Assembly: GCA_963713975.1 (NCBI GenBank)
Contig: OY970218.1
Span: 1,216,001 to 1,280,000 of the forward strand
DNA from: an uncultured Chloroflexia bacterium
GTDB taxonomy: Bacteria > Chloroflexota > Limnocylindria > Limnocylindrales > CSP1-4
Length of the DNA: 64,000 nucleotides
Direction of reading: 5' to 3'
Position 1 is the first letter of the stretch, and each line of letters opens with the position of its first letter. Under the pieces are notes generated by a model that saw nothing but the letters and a program-made list of their open reading frames with translations, searched no databases and was not told where the DNA came from. A program made the translations under genes and the position numbers. Shown here piece after piece: positions 18,726 to 27,967 of this stretch.

Positions 18726-20026
18726 GCACGGAACAGTCACCAGGGTTCGCCCGTGCCCCGCTCTCGTCGGCCACGCTGGGGACCGTCCGGCGGATGCTCG
18801 TCGCGCGCCTCGCGCCCGAAGTGCTCAACCCGTTCGGGCGCACCGAGGAACAGGAGGCGACGCTCCGTCGGACGATCGGCGAGATCCTGGCCGAGCCAGA
18901 GCTCGACCTCGACACGTCGCCGGCACTCGTCGCTGCGGTCGAGGCCGCCGTCTGTGGCCTCGGGCCGCTGCAGCCGCTCGTCGATGACCCGCTGATCGGG
19001 GACATCCTGGTCAACGGCCCAGGAGAGATCTTCATCGAACGCGAGGGCCGCCTCGAGCCGACCGCCGTCACGCTCGGATCCGCCCGAGAGGTCATCGAGC
19101 TTTCCGAGCGGATCGCCGCCCTGGCCGGGCGCGAGCTCTCCGTCGCCCACCCGGTGGTCGATGCCCGGATGCCCGACGGGTCGCGGGTCAACGCCGTCAT
19201 CCCGCCGGTCGGCGGCCCGTACCTCTCGATCCGCAAGTTCAACCGGCTGCGACTCGACCTCGTGCCGGGCGGCCGGCATGGTCGCAACTGGGTCGCCGAG
19301 GGCGGCCTCGATCCCGCCATGGCCGACCTCATCGCCCGTCTCGTGCGAGCGCGCGCGAACATCCTGGTGGCGGGCGAGACGGGCGCCGGCAAGACGACGT
19401 TCCTGCGCTCGGTGACCGACCTGTTCGATCCGGCCGAGCGCATCGGTGTGGTCGAGGACACCGCTGAGCTCGCGCTCGAGAACCCCGACCGGTTCAACCT
19501 CGAGACGCTCCACCCGCACGACCTCACGGGGGGCGAGGCGGACGCGCGCCTGCTCGACGTCGGGGACCTCGTCGCGAACGCCCTGCGGATGCGGCCCGAC
19601 CGGCTGATCGTGGGCGAGATCCGCCTCCCCAAGGAGGCGTTCTACACGCTCCAGGCGCTCCACACAGGACACGACGGATCGGCCACGACCATCCACGCCA
19701 GCAGTGCCGAGGATGCCCTGTTCCGGCTCGAGCTCCTGGCGCGCCAGAGCATGCGCGACCTCACGATCGTCGACCTGCGGACCTACATCGCGCGCGTGTT
19801 CGACCTCGTCGTCGTGCTGCGCCGCCTGCGGTCGGGCCGGCGCATCGTCCGCCAACTGACCGCGGTCGACGGCCTCGCCCCCGACGGGGGCTACCGCCTC
19901 GTCGACGTGTTCCGTGCCGAGGCCTCGCAGGGGTCAGAGGTGATCCGGTTCGTGCGCGACCTCGAATGGCGGCCATCGCCGCGGCTCCTGGCGCGTTTCG
20001 AGATCGAGGGCGAACGATGGAGCTGA
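18722..20026 (+). CDS. tadA: Tad pilus assembly ATPase TadA/CpaF
   Basis: GLGPLQPLVDDP, DARMPDGSRVNAV, GETGAGKTT, ALRMRPDRLIVGE, TGHDGSATTIHA. Confidence 0.92.
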   Translation: MSTEQSPGFARAPLSSATLGTVRRMLVARLAPEVLNPFGRTEEQEATLRRTIGEILAEPELDLDTSPALVAAVEAAVCGLGPLQPLVDDPLIGDILVNGPGEIFIEREGRLEPTAVTLGSAREVIELSERIAALAGRELSVAHPVVDARMPDGSRVNAVIPPVGGPYLSIRKFNRLRLDLVPGGRHGRNWVAEGGLDPAMADLIARLVRARANILVAGETGAGKTTFLRSVTDLFDPAERIGVVEDTAELALENPDRFNLETLHPHDLTGGEADARLLDVGDLVANALRMRPDRLIVGEIRLPKEAFYTLQALHTGHDGSATTIHASSAEDALFRLELLARQSMRDLTIVDLRTYIARVFDLVVVLRRLRSGRRIVRQLTAVDGLAPDGGYRLVDVFRAEASQGSEVIRFVRDLEWRPSPRLLARFEIEGERWS

Positions 20027-20892
20027 TCGGGGCCCTCGCGGTCGGTGTCGCGGTGTTCGCGGCCCTGATGGCGTTGCTGCCATCGCGGGCGCAACCTTCG
20101 CTTGGACTCGGGATGCGGTTGCGAGTGGCGTACGCGGCACGGATCGAGGCGGCCGCGTCACTGCTCGGCCGGGCCCGCTTGGAGATCTCGCCACGCAGCT
20201 ACCTCGCGCTCTCGGTCGCGGCCCCGGTCGCCCTGGGACTCCTGGGGCTGCTGCTCTCGGTGCCGATGGGGATCCTGGGGGTCATCGTCGGCGGCCTCGT
20301 CCCGCGCTGGTACGTCCGCTATCTCGTGGGCTCCGAGGCACGCGCCGCGGCCGACGATGCGCCACGGGTCCTGCGCGCCATGGTCAACCGGGCAGCGTCC
20401 GGCGGCACGTATCCGGACCTGTTCGCGGCGGCGGCCGAGGCGGCCCGCCACCGCTGGGTGAAGGCCGACTTCGAGGAAATTCTCGGTCGCTACTACGCGA
20501 ACGAGCCCCCGGCAGAGGTGCTCATCGACGTCCGCCGGCGCCAGGCGGGGCGGAACCTCGCCCTCGTCTACGACGCGCTGATCACCCTCACCCGGACCCA
20601 TCAGCCGGTCTCGGCCGCGGCCGACGTCCTGGGCTCGCTCGGCGAGGCGGCGCGCGCGAACCAGTCCATCGCCCGCCAGGCCGCCGCCGAGAGCAAGGGG
20701 CTGCGGCTCCAGGCGGCGATCCTCGCGATCGTCATCCCTGCCCTGTTCCTGTACCTCACGCTGGTCAACGGGGAACTGATTGCGCCCGTCATGGCGACCC
20801 CGCTCGGGCGCTACGTCCTGCTGCCCGCAGCCGCCCTGCTCGAAGTCGCAGGCATCGTCCTGTCCTGGCGCGTCACGAGGCTGGAGGCGTAG
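20017..20892 (+). CDS. tadB: Tad pilus inner-membrane platform protein TadB
   Basis: T2SSF-like topology directly after tadA. Confidence 0.8.
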   Translation: MELIGALAVGVAVFAALMALLPSRAQPSLGLGMRLRVAYAARIEAAASLLGRARLEISPRSYLALSVAAPVALGLLGLLLSVPMGILGVIVGGLVPRWYVRYLVGSEARAAADDAPRVLRAMVNRAASGGTYPDLFAAAAEAARHRWVKADFEEILGRYYANEPPAEVLIDVRRRQAGRNLALVYDALITLTRTHQPVSAAADVLGSLGEAARANQSIARQAAAESKGLRLQAAILAIVIPALFLYLTLVNGELIAPVMATPLGRYVLLPAAALLEVAGIVLSWRVTRLEA

Positions 20893-20896
20893 GGCG

Positions 20897-21802
20897 ATGG
20901 AGCTCGTGGGAACGGCCGCGGTTGCACTCGCGGTGTTCTGCCTGTGCATGGCGGTGTTCGGCGGATCGCTGCTCACGCCGCGGCGACTCGACGCGATCCG
21001 CGCGGTCGCGCTTCCGAGGCAGCAGTACGAGCGCCTCGTGTCGGACGACCAGCCGCTCTGGGAGCGGATCCTGCGCCCCGTCGCGGTGCGCCTCGCCGCC
21101 AGGGCGCCCGCATTCGCGTCCCAGGTGAGCGAGCGCGACCTCATCCGGGCTGGGTTCGACCCGCAGGTCCTCACTCCCGCCGAGGTCTACGCCGCCAAGG
21201 TGGTGCTTGCTGCCGCCATCCTCGCGGTCGGCTTCGCCCTCACCCCGCTGTTCTCCGCGGCGCTGCTGGTCGCGCTCCCGATCGCCTTTGTGGGCTACGT
21301 GTTCCCGACCGAGTACCTGGCGTCTCGCGCCAAGGCGCGCCAGGCCCAGATCGGGCGCGAGCTCCCGGACTTCCTGGCGCTCGTGCGTCCGCTCGCCGCG
21401 AAGCACGGCCTCGAGCACGCGGTGGCGGACGTGGCCGACGCGCTCCACGAGGCGTCCGGCGGCGGCAACCTGCTCGCCCGCCAGATCCGCGGCGCCGTGG
21501 CGGCGTACGGCACGGGCACGGATCTGTACGCCGCGTTGCGCGACGTCGCGGCGGCATCGGACATCGAGGCGCTCGACGAGCTGGCCGCTGCCCTGGCGCA
21601 GTCACGAAAGCTCGGCAAGGGCGTCGGCGAGACCCTCGGCGAACACGAACGTTCGCTCCGCGACGCCGAGCGCAACCGGCTCATCGGTGCCGCCTCGACG
21701 GTGCAGCCGAAGCTTGCCGCAATCCTGGCCGGGATCTATCTGCCCGCGTTCGTCCTGCTCATCGTGGTCCCGCTGTTCGCCTCGACACTCGGTCGAATCT
21801 AG
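20897..21802 (+). CDS. tadC: Tad pilus inner-membrane platform protein TadC
   Basis: RQAQIGRELPDFLAL, ALAQSRKLGKGVGETL; second T2SSF paralog. Confidence 0.85.
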   Translation: MELVGTAAVALAVFCLCMAVFGGSLLTPRRLDAIRAVALPRQQYERLVSDDQPLWERILRPVAVRLAARAPAFASQVSERDLIRAGFDPQVLTPAEVYAAKVVLAAAILAVGFALTPLFSAALLVALPIAFVGYVFPTEYLASRAKARQAQIGRELPDFLALVRPLAAKHGLEHAVADVADALHEASGGGNLLARQIRGAVAAYGTGTDLYAALRDVAAASDIEALDELAAALAQSRKLGKGVGETLGEHERSLRDAERNRLIGAASTVQPKLAAILAGIYLPAFVLLIVVPLFASTLGRI

Positions 21803-21818
21803 TTACCGGAGGTGCGCC

Positions 21819-22016
21819 ATGAACCTAACTGACCTGCGACACCTGCTCCGGCGGATCTGGGCCGCGGTCCACGCCGATGAACGGGGCCTGACGACGCTCG
21901 AGTACGTGATTGCGGCCGGGATCATCCTCGTCGTGCTGGCGGCGGCGATCCTCGCCTGGAACAACGGGCTCGCCGCGAAGATCGGCGATCTCGTTCGTCA
22001 GCTGTCGGGGTCATGA
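21819..22016 (+). CDS. flp: Flp type IVb pilin
   Basis: DERG/LTTLEY prepilin cleavage motif followed by a hydrophobic helix; GGAGG RBS. Confidence 0.9.
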   Translation: MNLTDLRHLLRRIWAAVHADERGLTTLEYVIAAGIILVVLAAAILAWNNGLAAKIGDLVRQLSGS

Positions 22017-22438
22017 GACCGCCACGGAACGCGCTGCCGGCGTGGCAGCGGCGACGAGGCGAGGCGGGAGCGGCGGCGGTCGAGGCGGTCCTCGTCGTGC
22101 CGCTCGTGCTGATCCCGGTTCTGTTTGCGGTCTTCATCTTCGGTCGTCTCGCGCACACCCGGATCGTGCTCGACGCCGCCGCTGCGGCGGGGGCGCGCCA
22201 GGCTGCCGTCGCAGGCGCAGACACGCCGACCGTCCGTGGCCGCATCGCGACCGAGCTGCGCGACGGGGGATTGAATCCGGCCCATGTCAGTGTGACCATC
22301 GAGCCATCGGTGGCCGGCTGGGGCGAGCCGATCCACATCCGCCTCGCGACCGACGAGGAGGCCGGCATCCCGTTCCTGGGCACCTGGCCCATTCCGATGT
22401 CGTCGGAGTTCGTCACCCGGAGCGAGGTGACCCACTGA
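22013..22438 (+). CDS. tadE: TadE-like pseudopilin
   Basis: EAG/AAAVEAVLVVP and AAAAGARQAAV. Confidence 0.85.
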   Translation: MRPPRNALPAWQRRRGEAGAAAVEAVLVVPLVLIPVLFAVFIFGRLAHTRIVLDAAAAAGARQAAVAGADTPTVRGRIATELRDGGLNPAHVSVTIEPSVAGWGEPIHIRLATDEEAGIPFLGTWPIPMSSEFVTRSEVTH

Positions 22439-22935
22439 TGACGCGATCGCGGACCCGGGTCGGCGAGCGTGGCCAGGTCGCCGTCTACGCGATCCTGCTG
22501 TTCCCGCTGCTCATGCTCGTCCTCACGCTGGTGCTCGCGGTCGGTTCGATCGAGGGCCTGCGGACCCGGATCCGGGCGCAGCTCGACATGGCGGCGCTCA
22601 CCGCCACCCAGGCGCTCGACATCGCCGCGCTCGCGCGCGGTGGTGAGCCCGTGCTGGACGCCGCTACAGCCGACGCGCTTGCCCGTGAGTACCTCGCCCG
22701 GAACCTCGCCACCCTCGGTGATCAGATCGTCGCGTCGCCGACGTCGATTGCCGCCGCGGCCGAGGTCGTGGTCACGAACTCAGCAGGCGTCGACCCCATC
22801 ACCGGCGCCTCCAATACCGCGCCGACGGTGAGCATCCGTATCAGGGTGCCGGCACGCATTCCGCTGCTCGGCCTCGCCGGGCTGGACACCACCGTCGAGC
22901 TGACGCTCACCGGCTCGGCGGCTGCGAGGAGCTGA
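22438..22935 (+). CDS. TadG-like pseudopilin
   Basis: ERG/QVAVYAILLFP...LDMAALTATQ; TGATG coupling. Confidence 0.75.
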   Translation: MTRSRTRVGERGQVAVYAILLFPLLMLVLTLVLAVGSIEGLRTRIRAQLDMAALTATQALDIAALARGGEPVLDAATADALAREYLARNLATLGDQIVASPTSIAAAAEVVVTNSAGVDPITGASNTAPTVSIRIRVPARIPLLGLAGLDTTVELTLTGSAAARS

Positions 22936-22937
22936 CG

Positions 22938-23504
22938 ATGACGACCCCCAGCCGCATTCGGACCCCGATCCTGGCAGTGGCAGCGATCGCTCTCGGGCTC
23001 GCGGTCGTCGGCGGAATTCTGCTCGCCGGCCGGGTGGGCGTGTCCGATGCCACGCCTTCGCCGTCGATCGCGACATCGGCGGCGCCGACCGCGACGCCGA
23101 CGCCCGCCCCGACGGATCCGCTCTCGAGCCCCGAGGGGGCGGTTCGCGCGTTCTTCGCGGCTTTCGGCGAGGCTCGACGAACCGATGATCCGTCGGCGCT
23201 CGTGGCACTCGTCACCAGCACCGACTCCTCGGCCTACCTCACGGCATCGGGGTTCCTCGCGGGTCAGAAGGCGGACGGGAAGGCGTCGGTCTTGACGACC
23301 AACGAGATCCGCGACCTGGTCGTCGTCCCCGATGGTGATCGAGCGACCGTGACGTTCCTCCACCACCAGGTTGGCTTCGACATCGACCTCGCGACCGGCG
23401 AGCCGAAGGAGAGCCCAACTGCCCTGCCCGACGCCACCGTGCGGGTCGTCGTCGTCCGAACTGGCGATCGATGGCTCGTGGACTCCTTCGAGAACGTCCC
23501 ATGA
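22938..23504 (+). CDS. Membrane-anchored extracytoplasmic protein (NTF2-like fold suspected)
   Basis: N-terminal TM, Pro/Thr linker, SPEGAVRAFF...GDRWLV. Confidence 0.65.
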   Translation: MTTPSRIRTPILAVAAIALGLAVVGGILLAGRVGVSDATPSPSIATSAAPTATPTPAPTDPLSSPEGAVRAFFAAFGEARRTDDPSALVALVTSTDSSAYLTASGFLAGQKADGKASVLTTNEIRDLVVVPDGDRATVTFLHHQVGFDIDLATGEPKESPTALPDATVRVVVVRTGDRWLVDSFENVP

Positions 23505-24706
23505 GGCGGCGGCTCCTATGGCTCGGAGCTGTGGTCGCAGCCACGGCGCTCGCCCTTGTGCCGCAGGGCAGCGCCCTTGCCATTGACGATGTCAGCGTCA
23601 CGGTCAAGACCTGGCACGCGGGCGCCGGCCGCGCCTACGTCGGCGTCCAGACGGCCGGGCAGTGGGCGCCCCCGAACAGGCGGTCCTGCGTCGGCTACTA
23701 CTCGACCTGGGACCACATCGCAAGGATCGACACCCGACCGGTCCGCGACGAGTGGTACGTCAAAGCGCACACGTGCTCCGGCAGCACCGTGAACCCCTTG
23801 AGTCCGACGATGGTGCTCACGAGTCGCACAAGCCCGGGCATCGGGATCCGGCGTGAGACAACGGGACGGCTCCGGCTCGACCTCGGGGTCGCAGTCGACC
23901 CTGTGACTGCTCCCGCAGGCACGGTCCGGACGGTCACGGCAGCGCTTGCCGGCGACTGGTTGGACGCGATCGGGGACGAGATCAGCGCCTACGTCATCCG
24001 CGACTCCGTCCGCGTCCGGCGCTGGACGGTCGACTTCGGGGACGGCACGGTGCGGACCATCGCGCCCGATCCTGCTGCGCCCACTCGGCTCGCGACGACG
24101 CATCCCTATGGCCCAGGCGAGTTCCAGGTGACGGTGACGGCGCGCGTCACGGGCACTGCCTACGGCGCCTTCTTCACGCCCGCCGGAACCCCGTTCGAGG
24201 ACAGTGTCCCGTTCGCGCTCGACCTCACCAATGCCGCCACGGGGATCGCGGGGCTGCCGATCGAGTACGTCCCGCCGGTCGTCACCGTCGGTGGCAGCCC
24301 GTCGGGCTCCCTGCCGGACGGCACCACAGCCACGCCCGATGCTACCGGGCACGCGGCGATCTTCTGGCCCCGGGGCCTGCCGTGTGACCTCTTCGTCCGC
24401 CCAATCATCGAGCGGGAGGGCTTCATGCGATCGGGTGGCGTGGTCATCGGCGGCGGCAGGACGCGGCTCGTCGGGTACCGCTACACAGCCGGCACCAACG
24501 ATGCTGTCGATGCAAGCAGGAACGGCGTGTATCCCGCCGCTGTGCCCATCCGGATCCAGTGGAACACGCCGCTGCCTGGGACAAGGTCATACCCCGTCCG
24601 GCTCGTGCTCGACCTCGAGACGACCTATGACGACGGGACCGTTCGTGCCTCGCAGGTCTCAGGGACGGTGGACGTGACCGTCGTTTACTCCGCGGTCAGC
24701 CAGTAG
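23501..24706 (+). CDS. Secreted beta-rich protein with PKD-like domain (candidate pilus adhesin)
   Basis: Signal peptide; WTVDFGDG...THPYGPGEFQVTVT PKD-like motif; lies inside the Tad operon. Confidence 0.65.
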   Translation: MRRRLLWLGAVVAATALALVPQGSALAIDDVSVTVKTWHAGAGRAYVGVQTAGQWAPPNRRSCVGYYSTWDHIARIDTRPVRDEWYVKAHTCSGSTVNPLSPTMVLTSRTSPGIGIRRETTGRLRLDLGVAVDPVTAPAGTVRTVTAALAGDWLDAIGDEISAYVIRDSVRVRRWTVDFGDGTVRTIAPDPAAPTRLATTHPYGPGEFQVTVTARVTGTAYGAFFTPAGTPFEDSVPFALDLTNAATGIAGLPIEYVPPVVTVGGSPSGSLPDGTTATPDATGHAAIFWPRGLPCDLFVRPIIEREGFMRSGGVVIGGGRTRLVGYRYTAGTNDAVDASRNGVYPAAVPIRIQWNTPLPGTRSYPVRLVLDLETTYDDGTVRASQVSGTVDVTVVYSAVSQ

Positions 24707-24719
24707 GGGAGGTGCCACC

Positions 24720-25412
24720 ATGCGTGCCCGCCGGACCGTCTACATCGTCATCTTCGTCGCGGCGAGCCTGATCGCCGCGGGCGCCTACTACCTTGCCCAG
24801 CCGCGCATCGACGTGGTGCGTGCCCGCCAGGACATCGCGGTGCTCACCCCGATCAGCGCCGACATGGTCGAGCTCGTCCGGGTCAGCCCGCTCGGTGCCC
24901 CATCCTCCTCGGCCCGCTCGCTCGACGCCGTCGTCGGGCAATATGCGGCGCTGCCGATCCTCGCCGGTCAGGACGTCGATACCCGGGCGATCGAGGTGAC
25001 GCCCGGGTCGCAAGCCTTCGGCTTCGGAGCACCGCTCGGTCCCGGCGAGGTCGCCTTCGCGCTCCCTGTCGCTGCCGACCAGGCGGTCGGCGGTGCGTTG
25101 TCGCCTGGTGCCCGTGTCGACGTCATCGCCGTCCCCAACGAGCTCAAGACCGGCTTGGCTGCGGCGAGTCCCGGGCCCGGCGCGGTCACGATGGGCCAGG
25201 GTCTCACGATCCTTGCGCTGCGGACGAGCGACGGACACCAGCTCACCGATGTGGCAGCCGGCGGATCGACGGCGGTCGTCCCGCCGAAGCTCGGCTCCGT
25301 GGTCGTCGCCATTCCCGCAGAGCGAGTCGCCGACTTCGCGACCGCGGCGCTGACCTCGACGTTCTACCTGGCCCTCGACCCGGGACAGCCGGGGGCGGCG
25401 GCGGTGCCGTGA
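24720..25412 (+). CDS. cpaB: Flp pilus assembly protein CpaB/RcpC (SAF domain)
   Basis: VVRARQDIAVLTPI, VGGALSPGARVDVI. Confidence 0.85.
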   Translation: MRARRTVYIVIFVAASLIAAGAYYLAQPRIDVVRARQDIAVLTPISADMVELVRVSPLGAPSSSARSLDAVVGQYAALPILAGQDVDTRAIEVTPGSQAFGFGAPLGPGEVAFALPVAADQAVGGALSPGARVDVIAVPNELKTGLAAASPGPGAVTMGQGLTILALRTSDGHQLTDVAAGGSTAVVPPKLGSVVVAIPAERVADFATAALTSTFYLALDPGQPGAAAVP

Positions 25413-25559
25413 CCAGAACCTTGCGCTGATTGGTCGTCGAGCCCGCTGGCCCTGAGGATCGGGCACCTGCCGGTCCGCTGACCGGCGATCTGCCTGGGAC
25501 CAGCCGCGGGTCGGCCAGGCCCTCGCGGAGCGCAACGCGAGACGGAGGCGTCCTGCCTG

Positions 25560-25696
25560 CTATCGCAGGATCGACGCGACCGCCTGCTCCCTCTTCTTTG
25601 AGAGCGCGCCGATCTGATCTCGCGGATGTTGCCGTCCGCGCTGATGAAGATGTGCGTCGGGATCCCCGCGAAACGGTAGGCGCCGCCGATGGTCGC
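25560..25696 (-). pseudogene. Decayed 3' fragment of a TlpA/ResA redoxin
   Basis: ATIGGAYRFAGIPTHIFISADGNIREI / IGALSKKREQAVASILR parallels the C-terminus of 36870..37466. Confidence 0.75.
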
Positions 25697-25957
25697 CCCC
25701 CGGACGCGGATCAGGGTGAGGATCGCGGACGATCAGGGACCGGGGAAGGGCCGTTGAGAGGATCGAGCGACGCCGGATGGCGGGTGGCTGTGTGCGGTCT
25801 GTCAGTCCGGCGCGTCCATAGGCCCGGGCCGGTGCCCGCTCGCGGCCGCGAGGCTGTCCGGTCGACCGCCCGCACCCCGTGAAACGGTTTGGCTCTGACA
25901 GGTACCAACCCAGGTAGAGGGCGCGACCCGCGCCCCGACGCATGGGACGGGACCACG

Positions 25958-26407
25958 GTGAACGATCGGATCTGGCGGAGCGTTTCGGGGGCGGCCGTGG
26001 CCGCGTCCCTTGTTGCAGCGGGCGCCATCGGCGCCACGGCCATCGGCGCCGATGCCGACTCCTCGGGGCAGCAGGCCCCGGTGCGAGCCGTGGTCGCAGC
26101 GCCGGTCACCGCGAGCCCCGGGCTCCAGGCGCCGGTGCCGACGCCGATGACGTGGCCCGCTCTCACCGACCGCGAGGACCACGCGGCCATCCCGGCCCCG
26201 AGTGCCACCCCGCGGGCGACGAACAAGCCTGCGCCCGCCTGGACCCACCACCCGGCCGCGACGCCGCGCGTCACGCATCATCCCGACCCCACGCCGCGCG
26301 CGACGCACCATCCGCGCGCCACGCCCCATCCGCGCGCCACGCCCCATCCCACTGAGGCGCCGCATCACGGTGGAGATCATGGCGGCGGTCATGGCGGCGA
26401 CGACTGA
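25958..26407 (+). CDS. Secreted Pro/His-rich low-complexity protein
   Basis: Signal peptide, THHP/TPHP repeats, HHGGDHGGGHGGDD tail. ECF-like TGAAAC at 25880 upstream. Confidence 0.65.
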   Translation: MNDRIWRSVSGAAVAASLVAAGAIGATAIGADADSSGQQAPVRAVVAAPVTASPGLQAPVPTPMTWPALTDREDHAAIPAPSATPRATNKPAPAWTHHPAATPRVTHHPDPTPRATHHPRATPHPRATPHPTEAPHHGGDHGGGHGGDD

Positions 26408-26410
26408 GGC

Positions 26411-27225
26411 ATGGCCAACAGGGGCCGGACGGGCCCGGTCAACTGGCCTCAAGGCCCCTGTGCCGGCTCGCCAGCTCCCGTGACGATGTCGCCGGCCTCA
26501 CCGTCGCACACGCTGGCGGTCCGTCCCGGGCCGGGAGGGCACCAACGATCCGCACGACCATCACCGCCCCCGCTGATGACGCCCTCCCGGTCGTCGAGTG
26601 CGACGAGGATGCGCGCCGTGTCGTCAGAGCCGTCCTTGCCGGTGACCGCGACGCCTTCGCCCGCCTCGTTGATCGCGAGATCGGCAACGTCAACCGTGTC
26701 TGCTACCGGGTGCTGGGCGACCGTCATGATGCCGAGGAAGCCGCCCAGGAGGCCTTCGTGAGCGCTTACCGCACGCTCCCGGCCTGGCGGGGGGACGGAC
26801 CCTTCGGCGCCTGGGTGGCCCGGATCGCGCTGCACATCGCCCTCCGCCGCCGCAAGAACGCGCGTCCAGTCGTCTGGATCGACCCAGCGGCGCTGGACGG
26901 CCCGGACCCGCTCTCGGCGGGCGCCGATGGCGGCGGCCAGCGGAGGGTCACCAGGCACTTCCGGGACGCGTCGGTCGAGGCGGCACGGACGAACGATCCC
27001 GCCGAGATCGCTGTCACGATGGAGCGCGAGGCCTCCGTCCGCGACGCGCTGCTGGCCCTCGACGAGCCCTACCGCGAGACGGTCGCGCTCCGCTACTTCG
27101 CCGGGCTCACCGTCCCCGAGATCGCCGAGGTCTGTGCCCGGCCCCAGGGCACCGTGAAGACCCACCTCCACCGGGGCCTGCTGCGCCTGCGGGGCCATCT
27201 CGACGACGCGGGGGCCGACCGATGA
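26411..27225 (+). CDS. ECF sigma factor (start unresolved)
   Basis: AGDRDAFARLV...DAEEAAQEAFV...FGAWVARIA and region 4 EIAEVCARPQGTVKTHLHRG. The frame runs upstream of 26710 with no ATG/GTG, implying a frameshift from ATG 26411 or a CTG start. Confidence 0.85.
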
Positions 27226-27923
27226 CCGGCCGCGGTGCCGTGAACAACCCCTGGGAGGCCGACCCTGTTGCACCTGCCGACGCCGAACACATGCGGTCGG
27301 CGGCTGCCGAGCTCGAGCGGTTCGCGCTGGCGACCGACATCGCGCCGCGGGTGGGGTTCGGCGCCCAGATCATGGCGGCCCTCGAGGCGGATCCTGTTCC
27401 CGCGCCGCTGACGGCGCTCGGCGCCGCCACGCGACGGAGGCACCTTCGCGCCATGCTGGCCGCGCTGGGCGACGCGTGGCGGGTGGCCTGGAGCGGCGGC
27501 CGGCCGGCGGCAATCCGGTTGTCCGCGGCGATGACCGTGCTGGTGCTGGTCGTGGCGGCCGGGTCGCTGGGCAGCCTCGCCGCGGTCGGCGCATGGAGCG
27601 CCCTCCAGCCGCCCCAGCCAACTCCAACCCCATCGCTGCCGGTGGACCTGGTCCCGGTCATCGTGCCGCCGGCAGACCCGCGACCCTCGCCCAGCGAGGC
27701 GCCCGCGACGGCGGCGCCAAGCGGGTCCTCCACACCGTCCCAATTGCCGCGCCTCACACCGTCGGCGGTCCCGGTGCGCACACCCCGGCCCACCGTGAAG
27801 CCGAAGCCGACGCCGAGGCCCACTGCGAGGCCGACGCCGCGCCCGACACACCATCCTGAGCCGACGGCCGTGCCGGAGGCGACGCATCACCCCGAATCGA
27901 CCCACGCTGCCGGAGGCGACTGA
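27222..27923 (+). CDS. Putative membrane anti-sigma factor with Pro-rich THHP tail
   Basis: ATGA-coupled to the ECF gene; single TM helix; Pro/Thr-rich C-terminus. Confidence 0.65.
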   Translation: MTGRGAVNNPWEADPVAPADAEHMRSAAAELERFALATDIAPRVGFGAQIMAALEADPVPAPLTALGAATRRRHLRAMLAALGDAWRVAWSGGRPAAIRLSAAMTVLVLVVAAGSLGSLAAVGAWSALQPPQPTPTPSLPVDLVPVIVPPADPRPSPSEAPATAAPSGSSTPSQLPRLTPSAVPVRTPRPTVKPKPTPRPTARPTPRPTHHPEPTAVPEATHHPESTHAAGGD

Positions 27924-27967
27924 GCAGGCGGAGGAGAGCTGACCCGTCCGCTAGCTGTGATGACCGC

